A stretch of 30,290 nucleotides of DNA from a virus (Duplodnaviria; Heunggongvirae; Uroviricota; Caudoviricetes): positions 64,001 to 94,290 of the IMG/VR virus record IMGVR_UViG_3300036860_000563, one strand, 5' to 3'. The notes under the pieces are model-generated. The model was not told the DNA's origin and did no database searches. It saw nothing but the letters and a program-made list of their open reading frames with translations. Each line of letters opens with the position of its first letter. Position 1 is the first letter of the stretch. Position numbers and translations under genes: made by a program. Of this stretch, positions 23,688 through 30,290 are shown piece after piece.

Positions 23688-24749
23688 TCACAGAGCTCCC
23701 AGCGCCTGCAGGTCGGTGAGCCACGCCTCAAAGCCGTCACGCGTCTGATCGGGAAGCCACGGGAGTTCGTCCAGCGCCGAGTAGCACCGGGTGATGAAGT
23801 CACCGAGCTCGGCGCTGGACCAGTCCTCATTCGTACTTTCATCACCGAACGTGACGTCACGCAGGACAGCGCAGAGTTCCTCGGTGTGACGCATACCGAA
23901 CAGCTCCGCGTCGAGGTCCGCGAAGATGTCGTGCTCGTTGCGCGTCTGCGTCACGAGAGGCTCACCGTACCACACGAGGTAACCCAGGTGGTCCATGACG
24001 CACCGCGCGAGGTACGATGCCCAGACGTCGTCATAGCGACCAACTCCCGGCCAGACCATCATCAACGGCGCGAGTTCCGCCCGGTACGCGACGGCCTGTG
24101 AGTTGAACGGCGCCCACGTGCCGGGTGCCAGTGCGGCACCCGGGTGCCAGTGCGACGACATGCGGTCGGTGGCTACACGACCGAGCGCGAGACGCGTCGC
24201 CGCGTCGACGTCCGGGTCACCACGCCACAGGGACGCGTGTACCCCGACCGGCAGAGCGTCGTGCACCTCGGTGAACACGTGAATCTCATCTCGCTGGGTG
24301 ATGGGAAAACCTCGGTGAAACGTCGAGGCGCCGAACATCACCAGCGGGTTGAACCAGCCCGACGAGCTGTCGATGATCACCGTCGCGTCGGTGGTGGCCT
24401 CCGACAGCGCTCGGTGAACCATCCCCCACTGGTCGGCCTCATCCGGCCAGTTGTCGTCGTCCACCGTCATGATCCACTCGGGTTTGAGCGCGATCGCCTC
24501 GAGCAGCGCGACGTTACGCCGCTGAACCGAGTTCCACCCGACGGCCTCACTCGTCTTCCACCCAAGCTGCGCGCTGGGCGCGAGGTAGCGGTTGTCGCCG
24601 GGCAGCTCGGCGAGCAGGTCGGTGACGGCCTCGTGCGGTGTGTTGCGGTCACCGGCGACGATGATGACGTCATCATCCATCATACCCGCCGCGCGCCACA
24701 TGCGTAGGTTCTTAGGAACGTTGATCGTGGTTGTGATGAGAGCGCGCAC
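23688..24749 (-). CDS. RGP/STELLO-like (GT75-related) nucleotide-sugar mutase or glycosyltransferase
   Basis: The start was re-called to GTG 24749 (AGGAG 8 nt upstream). Motifs 'ITTTIN', 'VAGDRNTP', 'RRNVALLEA', 'TVDDDN', 'RGFP', 'LWRGDPDVDA..RL', 'PFNSQ', 'GRYDDVW' and 'Q.RNEH...DL..E'. Confidence 0.75.
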   Translation of the reverse strand: MRALITTTINVPKNLRMWRAAGMMDDDVIIVAGDRNTPHEAVTDLLAELPGDNRYLAPSAQLGWKTSEAVGWNSVQRRNVALLEAIALKPEWIMTVDDDNWPDEADQWGMVHRALSEATTDATVIIDSSSGWFNPLVMFGASTFHRGFPITQRDEIHVFTEVHDALPVGVHASLWRGDPDVDAATRLALGRVATDRMSSHWHPGAALAPGTWAPFNSQAVAYRAELAPLMMVWPGVGRYDDVWASYLARCVMDHLGYLVWYGEPLVTQTRNEHDIFADLDAELFGMRHTEELCAVLRDVTFGDESTNEDWSSAELGDFITRCYSALDELPWLPDQTRDGFEAWLTDLQALGAL

Positions 24750-24760
24750 GTGCGTGGCTC

Positions 24761-24919
24761 CTAGTCGTAGAGAGTGTGATCGAGTATGATGAGACCGACA
24801 CCGATGACGATCGCGATGAGTGCGAGATACCACCTGTCCGGAGCGAAGCAGAGCATGCCGCCACCGCCGGCGATGAACACGCCACCTACGGCGTTAAGGT
24901 CTATGACGTCACGGGCCAC
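24761..24919 (-). CDS. Small 52-aa membrane protein (not in ORF track)
   Basis: GTG 24919 has GAGGAG upstream and TAG at 24761-24763. It reads VARDVIDLNAVGGVFIAGGGGMLCFAPDRWYLALIAIVIGVGLIILDHTLYD and exactly fills the gap between two operon genes. Confidence 0.5.
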   Translation of the reverse strand: MARDVIDLNAVGGVFIAGGGGMLCFAPDRWYLALIAIVIGVGLIILDHTLYD

Positions 24920-26250
24920 ACTCGCTCCTCGATGAGTCGTACGTAGCGTAGCTCGGTGAGTGCGTTGCCAAAGTGAACGCGCTGCGCACGCACCAAGTGA
25001 AGCCAGTCGTGACGACCGGCGTCGGAGTTGAGGTGAGTAACGCGCCGGTGTAGATCACCCGGTGAGTCGGCGCGAAGCCAGTCGCGAAGGTACGGCGCAG
25101 CGTCGCCGAGAACGTTGTTCTGCGTGTCGTAGAGCGGGTGAAAGAAGCACACCGTACCGGCCGCGAACGCCTCCCAGGGCTTCGCGGTGGCCCAGCCGGA
25201 GCCGCTGGACGGCGTCGTGAACGTGGACCGTACAGAGTGAAGTAGTGGGTAGTACTCAGCCCAGGGTGCCGGCGTGATCCGTCGGTTGAGGTGCGTCTGT
25301 GACACGTCGGACCACGTGCCGTGAACCCACTTAGGTGCGAGTGGCAGCACCCAGTCACGTACGATGTCTCTCCGACGCGTCGCGTCGGACGTGCGTGGTG
25401 ACGCCTCGTTGATGAACATGCCGAAGCTGTCCCGGTGATCCCACTCTTCGTCGTACGAGATGAGATCACCGAACGGTGTCCCGGGCAGCAGGCCGTTGAC
25501 CTCGAGGCGTGAGTACACGTTGTGCACCGTCGAGCGCCACACCGTGGCGTCGTCGTGAGCGTCCCAGAGCGGCTCCACCTCGTTCTTCGTCTCACGTTCC
25601 CAGTCACTCCAGCCGCCCGTGTCATCGTAGCGCTCGTGCTTGAGCGGGTGGTGAAACGTGAACTGGGTGAGCACCGGGTGCCGAAGTGGCCACTTTAGGT
25701 CTCGCATCTTGTGACGGTTGCGAGAGTCCGCGTTGAGGTAGACCTCCTCACGCTTCCACGGGTCGACGTCACGCCACAGGTTGACGCCCCGGAAGAGGTA
25801 CGAGCAGTAGTAGGCACACCAGTCGTAGGGCTTGGTGAGCTGGTCTCGGTCGTCGACTCGTGGTATCGGTGTGTTCGTCGTGCCGTGCTGACCCACCCAG
25901 AGTATGATCGCGTCGAGGTCGAGGATCGTCGGTAGTGTGAGTGCGTCGAAGATGTCCTGCAGTGAGAGCTGCTCCACGGACGACAGGTTGGCGTGATTGA
26001 GCTGTGCGTCATTGATCTCACGTCGTAGCCGGGGTGCCCACTCGATCCACGGGTTCTCGACGTTGTCGGGTAACCCGACGTCGGTGGGCCGCGAGCCGTC
26101 GTTGCGACCGATGAGCACGAAGGTGTCAGCTGGGTGTCGCTGGGCGAGTGTCTTTACGACCGCGGCCATCTCCACGTCACCGCCGAGCGTTCCACAGCGT
26201 CCCAGTGATAGGGGCATCGACCGGCCGATCTTTCCATACCCGACTCTCAA
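24901..26250 (-). CDS. T4 beta-glucosyltransferase-like (GT-B) DNA glycosyltransferase
   Basis: By-eye colinear match to T4 BGT recalled from memory: GGDVEM~PSSETI, YLNADSRN~YLFTDIRL, YSRLEVNGL~YFPIEQYKI, TAKPWEAFAAG..FFHPLYDTQNNV~TLRVWETMASD..LIDEEFDTKHRI, SPGDLHRRVTHL~NRAELIDRVNEL. Confidence 0.75.
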   Translation of the reverse strand: MRVGYGKIGRSMPLSLGRCGTLGGDVEMAAVVKTLAQRHPADTFVLIGRNDGSRPTDVGLPDNVENPWIEWAPRLRREINDAQLNHANLSSVEQLSLQDIFDALTLPTILDLDAIILWVGQHGTTNTPIPRVDDRDQLTKPYDWCAYYCSYLFRGVNLWRDVDPWKREEVYLNADSRNRHKMRDLKWPLRHPVLTQFTFHHPLKHERYDDTGGWSDWERETKNEVEPLWDAHDDATVWRSTVHNVYSRLEVNGLLPGTPFGDLISYDEEWDHRDSFGMFINEASPRTSDATRRRDIVRDWVLPLAPKWVHGTWSDVSQTHLNRRITPAPWAEYYPLLHSVRSTFTTPSSGSGWATAKPWEAFAAGTVCFFHPLYDTQNNVLGDAAPYLRDWLRADSPGDLHRRVTHLNSDAGRHDWLHLVRAQRVHFGNALTELRYVRLIEERVWPVTS

Positions 26251-26415
26251 CTCACGTCTCTCCGTTCTTAAGACTCACCGTCTCTTCGCTCTCTCGTGTG
26301 AAGCTTCACCCCGTAGCCTCACAGGTGCCGTCCCCGAGCGACGATCACCGCACAACTCGTCCGCTCGTCTGTGCATCAGCACCTCTCCCTGAGTGAGATC
26401 GTACCAACACCTCCG

Positions 26416-27045
26416 TTAGAACGGCGGCTCCGGTGGCGCCGATGACGGTGTCGCCGGTGGTCCGGGCACCGACGCCGGTGACGTTGGCATCGCCGGCGAC
26501 GTCGGCATCGGTGATGACGGTGACGTCACTCCGGCCACCGGCCAACCGCTCAGCGACGGTACTGGAGCCGGCGAGCCACCCACCGGCGGAGTCGGTAGCG
26601 CCGGACCAGCAACGCCACCGGGGAGAGCCGCACCGGCGACTCCGCTGGGCGCCAGCAGCTTGATCTCGTTGCGTGGAACTCCCTGCCACTCGCGCACCCC
26701 GGTCTGGGCTCGCGCGCGCCGGTTGAGCAGCGCCGTCGCGACGTGTGCTAGTCCCTGGCCACCGAGCTGTGAGAAGAACACGCCGTCGAGTCCGAACGCC
26801 GCCATGTGACGGAAGAAGATGCTGAGCGCGAAGCCGTTGTCCGGCGACAGCACGAACTGGTTGAAGAGCTGCCGGCCCGCGAAGGGACCCGACTTCACCT
26901 CCATGACGACCTTGATCATCTCCGAGCCGGTGGACGCGAACGTCGCGTCCGCCTTGATGATCTCGACGTCGTACCAGTCGTCGGGCAGTGGCTTCGTCGC
27001 GTCCTCGGCGGTCTTACGCAGGCTGCTCCAGTCGATCTCACTCAT
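26416..27045 (-). CDS. DUF669-like ssDNA-binding protein
   Basis: SD GGAGG. Motifs 'PLPDDWYDVEI..A....STGSEMIK...EV..GPFAGRQLF', then a Pro-rich tail ending PPF. Confidence 0.7.
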   Translation of the reverse strand: MSEIDWSSLRKTAEDATKPLPDDWYDVEIIKADATFASTGSEMIKVVMEVKSGPFAGRQLFNQFVLSPDNGFALSIFFRHMAAFGLDGVFFSQLGGQGLAHVATALLNRRARAQTGVREWQGVPRNEIKLLAPSGVAGAALPGGVAGPALPTPPVGGSPAPVPSLSGWPVAGVTSPSSPMPTSPAMPTSPASVPGPPATPSSAPPEPPF

Positions 27046-27079
27046 GCGGTGAGAACCTCCCTAGTCGTGGTGAAGATGA

Positions 27080-27865
27080 TCATTTTAGGGACGAGGGTGA
27101 CGACGGTGACTCGCCGAACACCTGCGTCATCATACGTGTGATGTGTGGGTCATCGATGACGTCGGGCAACGCTCCCTGAACGCGCTCACCCGCGATGATG
27201 GACGGCACCACACCCTCGCCGATGAGGAGCTTCTTCAGCTTACCGGTCGACTGGCCGTTCGCGTCCTGGGTGAGCTCGGTGTACAGGTAACCGCAGATGT
27301 CGACCCAGTAGGGTAGCGCGCGACCGATCTGGCCCTGCATCGCGGGACGCCACGCGCCGTCCTTGAACTCGGTCTCGGCGATGAACACAACGCAGCGTAG
27401 TGGGTTGGGCTCCGGCAGCAGCACCAGGTCACGCATGCTCCTGATGAGCATGTCCATGTGTACGAGCAGGTCGCCCCAGTCTTGGATCCGGAGCTGCTCG
27501 GTGCCGCGAAGCTGCATCTTCAACTTTCGCTGTGACTCGGTGACGGAGTCGAGCACCAGCGAGTGAAAGTCGTGCGCGTCGACGTGTGAGAGCCACTGGT
27601 AGGCCTGCGTGAGTGTGCTCCACTTTCTCACCATGACGTGACAGAAGTCCCACGTGCCGTCGTAGCGCGGTGGCGGTCCCTGGAGTGGGTCCCACTCGAT
27701 GCGCCGAAGTGGCACGCCGGACCGGTAGCCGGCCTCTCTCACGTACTTCCAGCCACCCTCCGCGTCGAGAACGCAGATGGGTGGTGGCGCGGTCGTGCTG
27801 AGAGTGGACTTACCGACCTTGGCGGACGAGTGAATGAGTAGTGACGTCGTCTCGTATGAGCTCAA
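27080..27865 (-). CDS. AAA_24 / Sak4-like ATPase
   Basis: Walker A variant 'SSAKVGKST', 'VLDAEGG', Walker B 'LVLDSVT', 'DWG' and 'FIAE'; sits between the exonuclease and the SSB. Confidence 0.8.
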   Translation of the reverse strand: MSSYETTSLLIHSSAKVGKSTLSTTAPPPICVLDAEGGWKYVREAGYRSGVPLRRIEWDPLQGPPPRYDGTWDFCHVMVRKWSTLTQAYQWLSHVDAHDFHSLVLDSVTESQRKLKMQLRGTEQLRIQDWGDLLVHMDMLIRSMRDLVLLPEPNPLRCVVFIAETEFKDGAWRPAMQGQIGRALPYWVDICGYLYTELTQDANGQSTGKLKKLLIGEGVVPSIIAGERVQGALPDVIDDPHITRMMTQVFGESPSSPSSLK

Positions 27866-29433
27866 GTAGCTGCCCCGTCTTCACCGTCGCTCGTGATTAA
27901 GTCACGTGTGTAGTAGCTAAGTGGGTCATCTTTCACGTAGAGCCGCGACATGGCGTCCTCGACTCTCGAGTTATCATCCATCATACCACAAGTCGCGAAG
28001 AACGGACACTTCCACGCGCAGTCACGCGTGGGTCGCGGGTACGCGACGTTGAGGTGATGCTCGCCGTCGTCGAGACGATGACGAACCGCCGCGACGTCAC
28101 GTACGGTCGCGGTGAGTCTCCGACGAAACGACGCAACCTCGTGCGCGTTGTGGTGCACCTCAACTCGCTGGTAGAAGGGTGGTTGGGCCGTCGGACCTCG
28201 CTTAACACGTCGGAGCATGTTGTAGAGCGCGCCGACGACTCGTGGTTCTCCACGAGCTTGAAGATCCTCTACGAGCGTCTGGTGCAGCACCTGCTCATCG
28301 AGGTGCAACGTGCGAACCGCGGCCGCGAGGCTCATAACGGTTTTATGCTCAAGCCAGAGGCGCACGCCGTCGTAAGAGCGTCGTACTCGCGCGTCCAGCT
28401 TAGCGATGATCTTCGTGGGTTCATCGACGCCGGGCAGCTCAGCCTCGAGGTACGCCTCCGGCTCGACGATGACGTACTCGGCGTCCGCACCGGTCTCGGC
28501 GAGCCACTCGACGTACCCAGCCAACACGGCGCGCTCGAGGTTGGCGTCGCTCTCAAACCGCTTAACCAACTCGCGGTCGAGGAACACCTCGTCGGCGTCA
28601 CGCTCGGCCACGAGAGCGGTCCAGTCCTCGACGATGAGACGCTCCAGCGCGTCACGGGGATCGGTTCGCTGGGTAACACCGTCATCGGGAACGTACCACC
28701 GCCGCAGTACCCGGTGAACTCGGTCTCCGACGGCGCGTGGGCCGACGGGTGACTCTCTCACGGGCCTCAGCCCCCGGTACCAACCGAGGTACCAGCGGCG
28801 ACGGCAGTCCTTGAACGTCTGCACCTCGCTGTTCGCGTACCGCCGGTAACCGTCGATCGCCGAGAGTGCTGTGGGCGACACACCGGTGTACGACACCGGT
28901 GCACGAACCGACTCGGACGAGTCATCGTCAAGCATAGGTGTGAACGGTGTGTCGTCGTCGACGGCGGTGATGACACTCACGGGCTGAGTGGTAGCCGACT
29001 CAGAGAAGATGGCGTGAACGCCGACGTCTGGGTTGGCGTCCACCACCGCGTGTCGTTCGTCGACATCACTCAGCCCGTGAGTGTCGTCTTCACTACCGTT
29101 CCTACCGTCCACATCATCCACTGGTCGTGGTGCTGGACTCGCCGTTGCATCTGCTTCTACTGCTACTGCTACTGCTACTGCTACTGCTACTACCCGTTCT
29201 TCGGCGCTCTGTGATATCCCCGGTACCGGCTCGGCCGGCGTCGGATGTGCCACAGCGGCAGCGACCTGGCGAATCGCCGCAGCTTCTTCGTCACTTACTA
29301 CCCTACCCTTCTCGATGTTGAACACCTTGGCCGGTGTGAGACCCGTGAGTGAAGCGAGGCGCGCTCGTGAGTGCGTCTCACGAAGCCGTGTGATGATCTC
29401 GTGGGGAGTTTCGGCGTGAGAGAGCTCGGTCAC
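27862..29433 (-). CDS. Cas4/RecB-like PD-(D/E)XK exonuclease with N-terminal HTH and low-complexity linker
   Basis: 'SEVQTFKDCRRRWY', 'GDRVH..L', 'KLDA', 'LEHKT' and 'CAWKCPFFATC' (4-Cys Fe-S staple). The N-terminus 'SRARLASLTGLTPAKVFNIEKG' is XRE-like. Confidence 0.8.
   Translation of the reverse strand: MTELSHAETPHEIITRLRETHSRARLASLTGLTPAKVFNIEKGRVVSDEEAAAIRQVAAAVAHPTPAEPVPGISQSAEERVVAVAVAVAVAVEADATASPAPRPVDDVDGRNGSEDDTHGLSDVDERHAVVDANPDVGVHAIFSESATTQPVSVITAVDDDTPFTPMLDDDSSESVRAPVSYTGVSPTALSAIDGYRRYANSEVQTFKDCRRRWYLGWYRGLRPVRESPVGPRAVGDRVHRVLRRWYVPDDGVTQRTDPRDALERLIVEDWTALVAERDADEVFLDRELVKRFESDANLERAVLAGYVEWLAETGADAEYVIVEPEAYLEAELPGVDEPTKIIAKLDARVRRSYDGVRLWLEHKTVMSLAAAVRTLHLDEQVLHQTLVEDLQARGEPRVVGALYNMLRRVKRGPTAQPPFYQRVEVHHNAHEVASFRRRLTATVRDVAAVRHRLDDGEHHLNVAYPRPTRDCAWKCPFFATCGMMDDNSRVEDAMSRLYVKDDPLSYYTRDLITSDGEDGAAT
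29161..29190. repeat. (TGCTAC)5 perfect hexamer repeat encoding (Val-Ala)n in the exonuclease linker
   Basis: tgctac x5 at 29161-29190, with degenerate flanking copies. Confidence 0.9.
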
Positions 29434-30290
29434 GGCGCTCCTAGGTTACTCATCATGATGCGAGACTCCTCGTCGAGCAGCGGTGCTGGATCACTCGTAA
29501 CTCCCGCGGCCGCGAGTCGTGCGCGATCTCGGTTGATCTCTTCGAGTCGACCCAGCTTCTCGGTGAGTCGTGGAAAGAGCACCGTCTCCTCGATGGTACC
29601 CTGCGCGACGATATCGATGACGTTGATCGAGTCGTGACGCTCGGAGCCGATCCGGTTGACGCGGCCCTCCAGTTGAACGTTTGAGATCATCTTCCACGAG
29701 CGCTGCAGCACGACGAGGGTGTCGGCCACCTGCAGGCCGTCCACACCCGTGCCACCGGCGTCGATCGTCAACAGTACCGCGCCGAGGTCACCCGCGTTGA
29801 ACCGGTCCACGGTGCGCTGACGTTCATACTCACTCACCGGGCCGGTGATGTACCCAAACGGCAGTCCACGCTTCTCCAACCGGCGACCCGCGAGCTCGAT
29901 GAGCTGGCGCGACTGGGCCGCGACGACGACGGGACGCGGGCCGAGCTCATCGAGCACGTCCTCGAGTGCGTCGAGCTTCGATGACGGCTCGGTCAGAGTG
30001 ACGACGATCTTGAGAGCGTCTTGACACGCCGGGTCGTGCCGATCGAGGCCACGACCACAGCACTCGCACCTCGACTGAGCGGTTAGTGGCTGCTCGACGT
30101 GCTCGACGGTGGCGTACGACGCCGCGAGCTGGAGCAACCGCGTGGCGCGAACGAGGTTATTTGGTGAGATCAAGATCGTTCCGTCGTCCAACTGGGTGAT
30201 GAGCTGCCGCTCGAGCTCGCGGTAGGCGCGCTCCTGCTTCGGAACCAGCTCGACCCAGCGGGTCGCTCATACGACCCTCGGTAGTTGGTC
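29430..30290 (-). CDS. SNF2/superfamily-2 helicase, C-terminal part (5'-truncated; in-frame TGA at 30267-30269)
   Basis: 'SKLDAL', 'GYITG', 'ER...VDRFN', 'LLTIDAGGTGVD.L..AD.LV.LQRSW....Q.EGRVNRIG'. The same frame upstream reads DQLPRVV*ATRWVELVPKQERAYREL. Confidence 0.8.

Larger units (their letters stand above)
1..30290. mobile_element. Part of a tailed (siphovirus-like) actinobacteriophage or prophage genome
   Basis: The window contains tape measure, tail chaperone and minor tail genes, a GH25 endolysin with membrane proteins, WhiB, and a helicase/exonuclease/ATPase module. Gene packing is dense with GTGA/ATGA overlaps. No host housekeeping genes, integrase or att site were recognised. 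Confidence 0.95.

Noticed and set aside
26275-26376. 33-aa ORF (MHRRADELCG...) between SSB and BGT-like genes
   Set aside because: It has a plausible SD but is very short with no recognisable features, so it cannot be supported without homologs.
27862-29433. CRISPR-Cas system (Cas4-like gene)
   Set aside because: No repeat-spacer array or other cas genes are present. The context is a phage exonuclease-Sak4-SSB recombination module.
1-30290. Genome-wide stop-codon reassignment to explain the two in-frame stops
   Set aside because: TGA, TAG and TAA all terminate genes at tight overlaps with the next start. The two interruptions involve different codons.
1-30290. tRNA, rRNA or other structured ncRNA genes
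   Set aside because: Intergenic gaps are short and no cloverleaf or conserved RNA motif was recognised by eye. tRNAscan-SE or Infernal would be needed to exclude them.

Overview
This is an internal ~30 kb segment of a high-GC, siphovirus-like actinobacteriophage (WhiB gene, GH25 endolysin, actinophage-type tail genes). It has two convergent arms that meet at ~16.12 kb. The + arm (1-16129) carries head-tail joining genes, a tail assembly chaperone with a probable -1 frameshift, tape measure, three minor tail genes, and then a translationally coupled cluster of 5 glycosyltransferases, an NDP-sugar C-methyltransferase and a second SAM methyltransferase, with an AT-rich HNH gene inserted. The - arm (30290-16115) carries a helicase (in-frame TGA), an HTH-Cas4-like exonuclease, a Sak4-like ATPase and a DUF669-like SSB. 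These are followed by a candidate DNA hypermodification operon: T4 beta-glucosyltransferase-like enzyme, small membrane protein, RGP/STELLO (GT75-like) protein, NDP-sugar epimerase/dehydratase, dimeric dUTPase-like enzyme, interrupted small ORF, HNH, and a C5-cytosine-methyltransferase-fold protein with a degenerate SAM-binding motif. The arm ends with a lysis cassette, DUF932 and WhiB. The phage therefore seems to encode two separate sugar systems, one for the virion and one for the DNA. All family assignments come from motif recognition by eye, and no searches were run.
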